A DNA stretch of 64,000 nt from Acanthaster planci (Eukaryota), in assembly GCF_001949145.1 (NCBI RefSeq), contig NW_019091357.1, positions 500,671 through 564,670 of the forward strand. The letters run 5' to 3'. Positions 37,408-49,717 of the stretch are shown here, piece by piece; the stretch's first letter is position 1; each line of letters opens with the position of its first letter. Under the pieces are notes generated by a model. The model saw only the letters and a list, made by a program, of their open reading frames with translations, was not told the origin of the DNA and did not search any database. Both the position numbers and the translations under genes were made by a program.

Positions 37408-39580
37408 ACATTCAGATGTCTGCACTCGAAAAGCCCTCGACGAGTAACACTGGAATATCGTAGACTTCTCTTAATCATGTCATGCCACGTCATGAGACGT
37501 GCTTTAGGCAAACAAGTGTACAGATCTCCCACCCAAATTAAAAACTGCAAAGGATGACAAATTAGGTGGTGACTTTTTCCAGTCCTAGGTACATGATTCC
37601 TGTTCTTTTTACATGCGGTCGAAAAGCTACGGATCAATCAATAGAGAACCTGTCCACGTTTTTAGCTTTCAAGTAGTGTACAATGTTTACTTTTTGGAAT
37701 GATTAATGGCAAGGCCAGATATTTAAACGGAATAGAACAAAACAGCTTCTTTTATTCTGCATAAAATCAAGAAGTGAACGGAATTCATGCACTACATATC
37801 GTGGGGTTTGTAGGGCTTACCACAATTGATTGAGGAATGTCGAGAAGGGAGATACGTCGTAATGCGATGGAAAATCTATGTGATCCATGAGCATTGAGGA
37901 AAAATCAGCAAACAATTATTTGGCTATCTACAAACATCACGGTAGTATCGATCAAAAAAAAATTAAACGTGACCACCAGCCGAAGGAAACTTGTACTTCC
38001 TGAACGTGACTGAGTCGATTAAATTCGTCCACACAAAGTAAACAGGCCTAAATGTTTTGTGGGCTGATTTTTTAAAAGGTTGTCATTTTAAAATGAAAGA
38101 TCAACGCAAAAACACAACTTTCAATGAAATCTCTGATGAGAAACGTGACTAGGACATACAGGCCGGCAAGGAAAATATTGACACTACTTAGATTGAGAGG
38201 AAATCATGCTATCCTAAGACAACAAAAAAAGTACACGCTGAACTTCAGAATGTCTTGGGTCAGACACTGTCACGATTGAACTACAGGCCTCTGGCAATAT
38301 GCAAAAATCGAGGACCTGTTATGATCTGAACTAATCCAAACGAACTCAGGCTTTGGGGGCCTGCAGTACATTATAATGCGAAATAGTCCGGTACACCATA
38401 GCATAATGAATAAATATTAAAAAATGAAACGGTTCTCAACGTTTGCAAGGTCATTATTTAATTTGAATTCATCAATGTGCATGTGCTTACGTTTTATACA
38501 TACATGTACATGTATTGTAAATGCCACTTTGCATTCTGATCAACCTTAAGTTGAACCAAAAAAAATCAATAATATTTTTCGAAACTTCCGCAAAAACACA
38601 ATCAAATTGCAGAGTTATGCGAAACAAATCAAAGTACTTAATAGGAACCCCAAGAAAGGTTGTCTGACTCTTTTCTGATTTTGTCAAAATTTTATTCCGC
38701 GTGTGTGTTTTCTCAATTTTATTCTTCCCCTGAGTTCCCTAGGCCTCATAGGTAAGATAAACGTCATCAATGTGAAACATTGACGCTAGTCAGATCATGG
38801 TGTACAAGTGCTTAACAAAACCAAGCGCATTGAGGCTTTTACGGGTGCACCGTGAAAATTATGCTGCAAACTGCTGAGCAGCGATACAAAACCCGACAGC
38901 AGCGTCAAATTAACTCCACTAATACCGAATTTCAGTCAAATTTAACCAATGTTTAAGAACAGTTAACCTAAAGTAAATGTAGTGGAAAATTTGAAGAACG
39001 CTGCTGGGGAAGGGAGAAGGCGTTGAGCAAATCCTGTTCAGTATCAGGAATTAATACAACAGCAAAATGATCCTATAGGATAAAGACGACAAGACAGAAG
39101 ATCAAAATACACTGCAGTTATGTACTTTGCAGCCAATACGATAGTGTACGTAGCACGTCGTTCAAACGTGACTAACAAATAATAAAGCGTGGGAGTTTAA
39201 TACAATCAATCCGCGGTACGCCGTTTACATTTGCCAGCTACCGGTAAATGAATGCCCATCGAGAGCAAGTTATCATCTAAAACGGTCAACAGAGATGTAC
39301 TCTTGGCAAACCAGTGAATACCCCACGACAATTTACGAGGGAAATCGAAGATGGGTGGGTGTGCCATTGAGCAATATTACTTACTGTTCATACCAGATCA
39401 TTCTGATAAAAATGTTGGTCTCACGTACAGAGTTCGTTTCTCCGGTCATAAGCAAGGCGTCCCTGGAATATTATCCGGAACACACTGGCATAAAAGTGTC
39501 ATGAAAGTGCTACTTCATCTTATACAGTTAGCAAAGGTAAAAGCATTATGCACGTTAAGATGTAACACTTCATTTCTTTT

Positions 39581-40681
39581 TCACTTAAGAAATGTTATCC
39601 TTCTCTGTCTGACTGTAAATGCTCTACGGCATGCTCGTCTGTAACGAAGACTAACGGCGCTGTAGATAATGGGATTAACGGCAGAGTTTAGGTATGTCAA
39701 AATGCTGAAGGTGTTAGTAACGTACGACCGCTGGAGATTGTCTAACACCTCGTGGCCAGATCCCCTGGAAATAGTCCTAGCCAAGGCGTAGATTTTACTT
39801 GGAGCCATCAAGACGAAGAACAGGACACCGTTGATGACCAACATCCAAGTCACTTGGTTCCTGGTGCGTGTGATTCGCGCTTCTAACACAGCGTTCTGCT
39901 GCCCGATAGGCACAACGCGCAGCTTCAGGGCTCGTATGATACGGACAAACACGACCGAGTTGACTGAGGCAATGACAATAAAGGTGATGGTATACACCAA
40001 CGAATCCCTCTGAGGCATCGTCACCAACTCGTAAGTGCTCATATCCTCAGAATTGTCCTTCAAAGTGTAGACGCGATCAGGGACACCGTCAAAGCTAGAG
40101 TACTCCGGCCAAACGATACAAGTAAGTACAAAGCCATTATGCCAGGGTCCGACTAGGCTGACCAAAAGAGCCGCCAATATCCATGTTCCTATGCTCATTT
40201 TGACAGCTCGCTTTCGGTTTCCACGAACCCAAGATGCCCGTAAAAGAAAAGGTTTGAAGATTGCAAAATACTTCTCAAGCGCCACAACGGTCACAAGTAT
40301 CATAGTCGCTGTGTGGAGAAATTGAACAAAGAAATATAAGGTAACACTCCCTGCAAACCCTACCACACTCATGTCCAAAATGAGAGGTGAGGCTTGGAAA
40401 TAAACTATTCTTTGTGTCTCGGTTAGAACCAGGAACATAACATCAGCTACCGCCAGCTGGACAAGGTACAAGTTCGTCACCGTCCACATGCGAGGCACGC
40501 GGGCGACAACGAAGAGGAACGACCCGTTGGTGAGCAACCCAAGGGCGACAATGACTGGCTGAACACACACAATGACCACCCTGTCGAAGAAGTTGTAGAA
40601 TAGCGCACTGAGTACACCCCTCTCAACAGCAGTCAAGTTCAAAGTATTAAAAACATCACAAGTCGATGCTATGCTCTCCAT
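39581..40681 (-). CDS. Intronless class A (rhodopsin-family) GPCR, orphan peptide/chemosensory-receptor-like, 366 aa
   Basis: Single ORF with seven hydrophobic segments. MWTVTNLYLVQLAVAD (TM2), LEKYFAI (E/DRY equivalent), W in TM4, NSAVNPIIY (NPxxY) followed by helix 8 YRRA. N-glycosylation sequon NLT in the N-terminus. Confidence 0.93.
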   Translation of the reverse strand: MESIASTCDVFNTLNLTAVERGVLSALFYNFFDRVVIVCVQPVIVALGLLTNGSFLFVVARVPRMWTVTNLYLVQLAVADVMFLVLTETQRIVYFQASPLILDMSVVGFAGSVTLYFFVQFLHTATMILVTVVALEKYFAIFKPFLLRASWVRGNRKRAVKMSIGTWILAALLVSLVGPWHNGFVLTCIVWPEYSSFDGVPDRVYTLKDNSEDMSTYELVTMPQRDSLVYTITFIVIASVNSVVFVRIIRALKLRVVPIGQQNAVLEARITRTRNQVTWMLVINGVLFFVLMAPSKIYALARTISRGSGHEVLDNLQRSYVTNTFSILTYLNSAVNPIIYSAVSLRYRRACRRAFTVRQRRITFLK

Positions 40682-41997
40682 ATTCTGATCTCACTGCTAA
40701 CGGTATTATTCTTTGCCGTGTGTAAGTCGACAAATGCTTTATTTGAAGGCTTTTGAGAGAAGTTTGTCAAACAGTAACTTATCCACCGCTTACAGACGTA
40801 TCCAAATCTCAGAAAAACCATAAGGGCAAATGCTTTGAAATCTTCACATCCAGCCTGAAAAACTCCAAGGATACAAAACACAGTTGTCAGACATATACAC
40901 GACACTAAGTTGCTCCCAAGTACCGAATAACGATAAACTTCATCTGTCATGTTCACCAATGAACCTCTTCCTGCGAACACCGTATCCTCAGTTCAACTCA
41001 CAGCAGCATTATCTAAAGCGACAGAGAACAACATGCGGCTCCGTGCAGGACTGTGCTTGACGGTGTACCAGCAACTGGATTAATTCAATTATAGTCAATG
41101 ATTTATCTGGCGGTCGTTGGATTGAGGAGACGCTGTGTAAACAGGGATAGCTATTGCCTTAGAAGTTCTGTACTTTGATCGCGGCTACAGATGATTACAG
41201 ACCATTCCTTGGCACCAAAAAACAAAAAAAATAAATAAAATAAATAAATAAATAAAAGCGCGTGACGGTCAACAATTTCAGACCGTATAAGGTGACTTGT
41301 ATAGGAGAACTGCATCCTTTTATAGCCGTGGTAAAGGCGCTGGTATCCACTAAAGGTTTCTATAAAATGCTGACGAACAAAGTTGACGAGTGATCTCACC
41401 CATCAACTCACTGATATAAGTGTAACTGCCAAAAGGGCAGATAACATCTTCCAGATTAACATTTAAATGGTACATCTGGTCACGTGCTGCATAACACGTA
41501 TTAAGTTGTAGACGTACCAATCCAAGATACCCCGCACTGACTGGTATTGAAAAAAAGATATGCTTCTTACATTGTCACTTGCTGATGAAAATTTCTTTTG
41601 ACCTGTCAACCTGAACCTTTTATTGCATTTGTTTGACATAGATACGTCTTGACCTATACGTCTATAACTAGTGAAATAAATGATACTTTTAGGTTGCTTT
41701 TTTGGTGGGGATCACCCTGTATCTCACGTGGGTATAAGTATTCAGATATTGAGAAATATTAATAATTTCTTGTTCACTTACAATAGACACGTGGTGCTCA
41801 AGGCAAGGGCGTGATCCGAGTTGTGCCATTCGTAAACACAGAAGGGTAGGATCCTACTTTAGAGCATTCAGCTAATTTCATAAGTAAAAAAAGACAAATT
41901 TTGAGGTCCATCAAACAACATTTCAAGACTAAACTAAAATCCCACAAGCCATACATGTACCTTTCAGAAGAACTGAAAGCAAACAATGCGGGCATTT

Positions 41998-42152
41998 CAC
42001 AATAGTGCGCCTCCAAGATTTTGCAACGCGTTCACTAATCACAGTGCGCGAAATCTCTCAACCCTTCCCAATGCGCGTTTGAAAAGGGTCGACAGATTTC
42101 GCGCTCTGTGATTGGTTAACGCGTTGCACACTCTCGGAGGCACACTGTTGTG
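41998..42152. repeat. Long imperfect palindrome (~75-bp arms), probable hairpin MITE
   Basis: Left arm CACAATAGTGCGCCTCCAAGATTTTGCAACGCGTTCACTAATCACAGTGCGCGAAATCTCTCAACCCTT matches the reverse complement of the right arm (CACAACAGTGTGCCTCCGAGAGTGTGCAACGCGTTAACCAATCACAGAGCGCGAAATCTGTCGACCCTT). Confidence 0.8.
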
Positions 42153-45100
42153 GATCGCACAAAATATATCATCGAATCCACCCATTGCAAAGAAACATCC
42201 GCCTTCACCTTTCAAAACTTTTACCAGTTAAAGTTCTGACCATCTCAAAAAGTGCGTCAACTCTCCATGATAACAGCTTGACAAGAGAATTAATACACAG
42301 CACCGACCTGAAAGGCACGAGAACTTGTTTGCCCGTCAAATTTAATGCTAGATTATTCAATTAATGCACGGTCATCAATCACACTGCTGTACGCGGAAAT
42401 ACAGATAAGAACAGCTTAAAACCAAGACTAATTCAATAACGTGACATATGCATGTTTGGGACAAAAAGCCCGAATACAATTTCCGTTCTCTGACAACAGG
42501 AGGCGACAGAGGGAAGTAGACAGTCATTGGAAATGGAATAGTAAACAAAAGGACTAAAAGCCCAAACTGCGGCCTTTCACCTCTTCTGGCTCACTGTTTA
42601 ATTCAATTTCTTGCGTTAGATTACAATGTCAAATATCAGACGCAAAACAAGTTTCAATGCATGTCAAGCAAAATTAAAACACCTGATTTTCGGGTACGTT
42701 CTCAATGCCGAAAACGCGACGTGAGCCAACTCTTTCTTACCAAATAATGGAATACAATATTAGACGGGTTTTGCCTGCATTCTTCTTTTTGGCAGAGTAA
42801 ATTCAATGTGATTGTTCCGTTGCGAGGAACAATCACATTGATACTGTAACAAGGTTTAAAATTGTCCACATTCTTAAATGCACCATACACAACAGCAACA
42901 GTGAGCATATGTCTATTATTTATTAGCCATGTGGCTCTGAAAATGCTGCGAAAATTCCTAAAATACTTTTCGTGCTTAGGTCTTAGCTATAGCATTCTGT
43001 TGCCAAGATATGAATTCGGCAAAGTATCCAATGAAAACGACAGGAAAAGCACAATGGTGGTCCCTGGGTTTCATCATCGTAGACTTCGTCTGTCGAATAA
43101 GTGTCTTCAAGATTAATGAGCCGCTGTGGTAGACGGAACACTCGATTGTCAATTAAGGCGCACTTAAGCCCGGGGAGAATCAAAGAGGGTCTTTTCGTCC
43201 GCTTTCATCGACTGATCGTCAAAAGCTACAGTTTGGTAATGTTTATGGGATTAAAAAGTAACTTAGAGAATTGCACGGGTTTCCCGGAAGAAAATTCATC
43301 ATGTCCATGTGCTATGTTGACAAAGTGTTTGTTCCTTGCATCGAGCTAACGTTTTAAGAGAAACATAATACAATACAGTGAACAAGACAAAGATATCAGA
43401 ATTGTTCCTACCTATTCAACCTCATGTACGCTCATGTACAGTGGATCATCAAGTACAAAAATTCCCAATAGTTGTTTTACAACATCAGTACAACATTAGC
43501 TGGAATGTCTGTTAAACTGTAAACATGGAGTCAGATGCACTTTTGAGTATCGAACGGCACCTATTGAGGGGCACTATCGATAGTCACATGGAAATGATTA
43601 ACATGAGTGTTTTACACATCATGATTAACACAAAGAGTTGGCTGTTGTAAAATAATCGATGAAGACACGTACCCATGATTAATAGTTTACTTCAAATATT
43701 AACGTACTGATGTATTGCGGTTTTCAACGGCGTTATGTGCAATAATAATGGATGGGTGTGGCTTTTTAATTTTATCAATTTGTTTGTTGGCATGATTAAC
43801 CATTCTTATTTTGCCGCAAACTGAACCCAAAGCACCCGTATGCTCAGGAGGGCGCAGTTTGTATATTTTGGTTTGACAGTCACAGTGAGCGAGATCGGTG
43901 AAATGAGACATAAACAGCGCCCTCAATCGACTTTTTTGCAAACTTACACAAAAAGTTACCCCATGTTACGGTAGTTTATTTCTACAATTTTTATATGATT
44001 TTGCCAGTTTAATTTTTTCTCTTCTTTGGTAATTCTTTGTTTATAGAAATAAGCAAGCAGTCAACCCTTTCTCAGAAGTGATTTCAATGACTAATCAATT
44101 CCAAGTTCACAATTTGCGCAAAAAGCGCAAACCCTAGAATGCCATTCAAAGTTACCAATTATCTTCAGCAAGATCTGCACGCCATCCACTATCTAGACAC
44201 GAACCAGTTTGAGCCCGATCGAATTTGCAATAATTGTAACAGTTTTAACGTATCTATCTAGAACACTAGGTAATGTTTGATAACCCTAGCTGCTTCAAAG
44301 GGAATCCAACTATATGTGGCATATATACCGGTACGTGACACTGTTTGGTCTGCGACTTTCCAAGATATTGCTTGTTTTCTATATATCATTGAATCTTTTT
44401 AAAGAGCAAAATCCTTTCTATTTACAATAAAACATATATACTTTTAAGGAATTTTCTGCGACTTGTGAACAAATCTTTGCAAAGTTTGTCAACAAAGATT
44501 TCCCGATGTGGAATAGGAGGTTGAAATATCTGTCATCCAATATTCAGCGAGCGTTGAGAAGAGGGAGATATTTTCTGGAAAATAAAAACACCGAACTAGA
44601 ATTAACCATTAAGTTCTTTAACCCATTTTAAAGGATGGTTAGATTTAAAAACAAAAAAGACCAAAACCTAGACCGTACAAACGGAGTTTTTTCCTGTATC
44701 AAACTAGAGGCGTGTGTGTTAATAACTGTAATTTTTGATAATGGTATCGTCTAGCCCATGCTTTTCTTTCCTGTCACACAAAAGAGAAAACCATTGCAGG
44801 TGTATGTCCGGATTAAAATATAGAACATCGCACAACTAGTTGATATAAAAATGACCAAATTCCGAGTATGCGGATGCTACATGGACTTAATTTTGTATTA
44901 ATCGCATTGAATATAGCCAACAAAATTAAACATTTTAATGGATGTATTTGACAACATGACTCCCTTCCTGCTTGAAGTCTAACCTGCAAGATATTTTACT
45001 GGCCCAAAAACTGTCCAGCGAAGAGGATCTTCTCGAACACGACTTTAGCTAACTACAAGTACGTCATCAAAGGCGATTCGATACCCGCCCATCTTTACCG

Positions 45101-45875
45101 ATATTCAGATAATCGATAAAAATTGCTAGATCAGGAATTTGACTTTTCTGGCCACGGATGAATCACTATTTTGCTGCCTGCAAACACTTCAAAACTATCA
45201 AGATGCATTGAAAGGAAAAATACCTAAGCTTTTTGATTTTTGGAGTTGAACTGAACGAGTTAAGTAACAGCTAACGTTGACCCAACCACCAGACGTGATG
45301 CTTCCAAATGAATGGGAATTTGTAGGCAGAGAAGAAAAATTATGCAAGCATCTCTTTCAAAGAGGCAATCGTGTCCGATAGTTTCAAGACTAATTTTATG
45401 ACGGCTCAAGGTCACACTTCTAATGCGTAATTTTGCCAATGATACCAATGTTTTTTCCACCCAAGTTTATCTGGCATTTAGTATGAATCTATGCATGACA
45501 CTCTGCGATGTTAAAAGCAAGATGTTGGGGGATTTTGTCTTAGTTGGGTTTTTTGTATTTCAAATTTTTGTATCTTGAAATTATGTTTTGTATTTTTGCT
45601 TCACAAAACACATATTTCTTTTCCCTTCTGAAATGAAAGCAAAGTGATTAATTTAGTCAGTGACAGACTTAGCACTTTGTTTCAATTGTCTCAATTAATT
45701 AGCATTACCAGAGTGTGGAACATTCTTTAGCTGGCACAATGGGCATTTTGTCATCATTCAAAACAATTAATCATATAATACTCTTAAGCAAGGCAACAGG
45801 AATGGTTGGCCTGTCAATTTGAAGCCAAAGTTTATTCATTGACATAAGCCATTTAGTATGATGTCTCCTTCCTGT

Positions 45876-48232
45876 TTATGTACCATCTACAAATTAAAGC
45901 ACTGGGCAGATCCAGTGGGATAGACCATTGAAGGGGTCAGACATTCCTGCCCCTACATTTTATTGTAAGAAAAAAGTTTGAAAAAAGGAAGCTTCCTAAA
46001 TGAAATTTTTGAACAACCTCAAATATTAATAATACTGCCACCTTCGCCTCCACCTTCACCTTAACATCTACACGTACATGTACTTAACATCTGGGCCCAA
46101 GCAAAAAATGGCGCTTACCATAGCAGAAAATTCTGTGCTTACAGCGAATGTATTTCACGGGTTAGCGAGGAATTTTGCCTTGTGCGCGTGTACATCCGGT
46201 AACTAAAGATTCTGTGCTTAAAAGGTTAGCGCTAAATTTTTCTGCTAGTATGGTTAGCGAAGAATTGAAATCATAAGCGTGGAATTCTGTGGTAAGCGGC
46301 ACCATGAAATTGGGCCCTGATATACACACGTTAACAACCAATATGTCCAGATTTATGACTCACCACTTTCAGATGTGCTGGCCTGGTTATTAAGGCACTC
46401 AGTCAGCTTCATCTGTGCCCGTCTGAAATCTTGGAGAACCAACAACTTCTTGATGTCTCTCATCTGGTTAACAGTCTCCTTTGACATTTTACCATTTGAC
46501 ATCTTGTCAATCATGGTCTGAAACGGTTGGGTGATGGAGTTCTTAATCTCTGTCTTGCTCCCTACAGAGACGATAGGAAAATTTTAACCTTTCACGGAAA
46601 ACATCTTGGGTCAATTTTCCTGATGATAAAAACCTGCCCATCATATAAAAATCAAGCCACAAGAAGCAGTTTGCGAATAAAAAATTTCCATAGGCGATAA
46701 ATAAAGCTTTGGGAATCTAATCACGAAATGGGAATTTTCAAAATCAAAGCTCAGGTACATATATTTGTTGATTAATTTTCAAGTATGATGTGTCCAAATA
46801 TATTGTTGGAGGAATGTTAACTTGTACAAAAAGAAATGGCCCCGTTAGCCAGCTCTACCAAGGACCCATATCTAACCTTGATAGCCTACTCACCATCAGA
46901 GCTGAATACTCGCCACACTGCCTCCAGGAACTCTACCACTTCCTGAGTAGACTCATCTTCACACTCTCTGTCATCTCCCTTACCAATAAGGCTCTGTTTA
47001 TTAACATCAACTGTAAATTCCTCAGCTTGAATTTGTGCCCGGTCTTGGAGTCTACCAAGCTTGGCCCTTTTCTTCCTCAGTTTCCTCCTTTGGTTCTTTG
47101 TAAGTGATGCATCAGCTGTTGTTGGTTGTGATGATGATTTCGTTGGAGACACCTGCGGTTGTGTGTCTTCTCCTTTTGTCAAGGGCGAGTCTACTTCTGC
47201 AGTATCACAAGGAACTTTCTCCCTTACCCTTTGCCCATGCTTCTTTTTTCTCTTCCGTTTCCTCACAGGCCTATCATGGGCACCTGGAAAATCCGGTAAT
47301 AAATACATTGTAAATATTTACTCCTGAGCCACACCCCTTTAGATTATCCCTATTGCCCCTCCCTTCCCAAACCAAACAAGGAAACTTATGTAGGCCTATA
47401 CACGTATATGAAAGCAACTGTGGCCATGCTGTAAAATCCATGTTATGTATTAATCTAACACAAAACGAGCATTCAGAAAAAGACGTAATTCTAATACATA
47501 CATGAACATGAACAGATTTCTCAGCGAAAGTACGACAATATGTAACCTCAAGTGGCCTGCACTGGAGGCATCATACCTTGTGAATCATTGCTGGACTCTG
47601 ATTCAGAGCAGCTGGATTTTAATCTTTTTTCTGACATTTCACTGGTATTCCGTGCAAGAGTCTGTAATAAACCACCAGGTGGGGGATGGACAGTGTAAAG
47701 CTTTGCACGTGTTGGAACACTGCCAGCAGATCTCTCCAGCTCAGTCTTTGTTGCTGTTTCTTGAGGTGGTGGTTTATCTTGAACAGTGGCTTCAGATGGG
47801 TAGAGTTTTTCAAGTACATGAGCTTTGAAAACTGTGGGGGAAAAGGGGAAAAAAGGGACACTTTCATAACGTCTTCGAGTTTGACACAAACACAAGATGG
47901 TGGCTACCTTTCTGGCCGCAGACTTGGTGAACTTCACTGGCAAGCTTGAAGTTGGACATAGGCCTAAGTGAAATAAAGTATTGAAATGGCATCTCACTGT
48001 AAACACTGGATGATGTCGGGAGCCTTGGCTATATCACTGGATATTTCCAACACGTCAAAACTCAAGTCCGAATCCTAGCATTGCTTTGATTTGATTTTGA
48101 ATAGGCCTAAGCTAAGTTGCGAGTTTCAACTAGAAAATTAAAAATCACCGCACAAATCACCCTTCAGCCATTACTCTAATGACCATAAACCATACCTGAC
48201 TCTCGTTTCCTGGAAGAATTTTTAGCATTCAT
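45876..48232 (-). CDS. ERICH1: Glutamate-rich protein 1-like (ERICH1-like)
   Basis: Exons 48232-48196, 47831-47577, 47283-46894, 46561-46364 and a tentative short last exon 45886-45876 (DGT*). VFKAHVLEKLYP..RAKLYTVHPPPGG resembles the ERICH1 N-terminus. Basic NLS-like RKRKRKKKH and LTKNQRRKLRKKR, then VVEFLEAVWRVFSSDG and IKKLLVLQD, follow the ERICH1 layout as recalled. The last exon is uncertain. Confidence 0.72.
46091..46319. mobile_element. MITE-like element with imperfect terminal inverted repeats, in an intron of the ERICH1-like gene
   Basis: Left end CTGGGCCCAA..ATGGCGCTTACCA versus right-end reverse complement CAGGGCCCAATTTCATGGTGCCGCTTACCA. Internal repeated subunits TTCTG(T)GCT(T)A and GGTTAGCG. 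Confidence 0.6.
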
Positions 48233-48628
48233 GATCGAATCAGCCTCAGCGTAATCTTGTTTTCATGAAAACTAGAATATGCCTCTTGGATTCGGCAGGA
48301 CAAGCCTGCGCGCGTTTTTCTCTGGTCGTCTGCTTCTTGAAGTTCAACCATTCCAACTCTTGGTGGCGCTATTCAAATGTTTACATTGCATTGGCCACAG
48401 ATTGAACCACTTTGAGTACCGCAGGAATATTGATTGGAACCGATGTGAGGATTTCACGATATTGTAGAGTATATGACGAACTTACCTTGGTTATGTGGCT
48501 TCGACATTTGTGTGACTTTTTAAAAAGTTTTAATACTCGTACCCTGTGACTGAATATCGGGCTTGCTTAATTGAATGGCATTTTGGAGCTGTTGACATGG
48601 CTGAATTTGTAGTTAACTGCCTCTTCAA

Positions 48629-49717
48629 ATGAGAAGACGACTCCTGCCTCTGTTTCCAAAGAAGCCCATTATTGTATCCATTCGTGCCATGGCATCCAAA
48701 GACTACATGCATTCAAAATTTACTAAGCAGCAGCGATATTCTCCTTACTCAAAACATAACTCTCCACTATTCTGTAGTACGGTGGCTCAGAAAGAACATG
48801 TAGAAACCTGTAGTAGTGGTTCTACCGACCAGCGGCATGGTGATAGAAAGGACAGAAACCATCAAGAGAATAGTTCCCCGACTTCTAAGACATTCTCGTG
48901 CATCTCAGCCAGACAACCTTATGCAGGTTTCATCCTGAATGGGCTCAAAACCATAGAGACCAGATGGACTCCTGTCTTCCAGGAACTGGAAGGAAGAACG
49001 GTTGCCATCCATGTCGCTTGGAGAGACTGGGAAGGAGGAGAGGAATGGAAGACAATTCTGGCAATAGATCATACCGAGGAAGACATTGAGAGGATTATCA
49101 AGGATGGAGAGAAGCATGGGAGAGCTGTAGTTGCAGGTGATTACAGGAATTGTCAATCGGAGAGATGAATGAACTAAATACAGATGTTACATTGTTTGAC
49201 AACAAAATAGCAAGGGTTGGGCCTCTTTATACCTCTTTGTTTTTCCTCTTCCCCTTCCCTGATACAAAGAATTCACATTACCCCTAACAGTCCTTAATCC
49301 TTCACCTGTTGGAGGACTGAGGACTGTTAGGGTTAAAAGGTGCACAAGCTGCTGAAGCTCTAGGTATTACTCAAACTGAAACAAGATATTTTTTCTTCAG
49401 TAGTTTTGACGTCAAAACCTATCCCTCAAATGAGATGACATTGAGCAACCAAAAAGCTAGGACTCTTCAGAAGAGGAAGCATGGTTTTACATTCCTTCCT
49501 TTCAATCACAGGTTTGGTTGATGTCGGTGAAACTTGGAAGTGTGACACCGGCGTCGAGAATGAGCAGATTCTGGAGTGGGAGAAGAGTGCCCTCCTGAGA
49601 CCCCTAAATGAGAAGTTTCTTACAAGGCTGTCCAATCCCAAGTGGCTGAGGAGGCCACTTGAGGTCAGAGGTCAAAGGGGAATCTGGAAGGTGGAGATAC
49701 CACAGGAGTGCCTCTGA
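48629..49717 (+). CDS. EOLA1: EOLA1/CXorf40-like ASCH-domain protein, 2 coding exons, up to 237 aa
   Basis: Exons 48629-49136 and 49512-49717. FSCISARQPYAGFILNGLKTIETRW (ASCH GxKxxExR), TVAIHVAWRDWEG, GEKHGRAVVAG|LVDVGET and KFLTRLSNPKWL..RGQRGIWKVEIP closely follow CXorf40/EOLA1. The start codon is uncertain. Confidence 0.9.
49278..49336. mobile_element. Very short hairpin element with piggyBac-like ends in the EOLA1 intron
   Basis: CCCTAACAGTCCTTAATCCT ... AGGACTGAGGACTGTTAGGG followed by TTAA. The arms pair at 18 of 20 positions. Confidence 0.5.

Noticed and set aside
47548..47576. Apparent premature stop in the ERICH1-like ORF (..PPVQAT*)
   Set aside because: A donor CAAG|GTATGA at 47577/47576 ends the exon earlier, and the phase matches the next exon.
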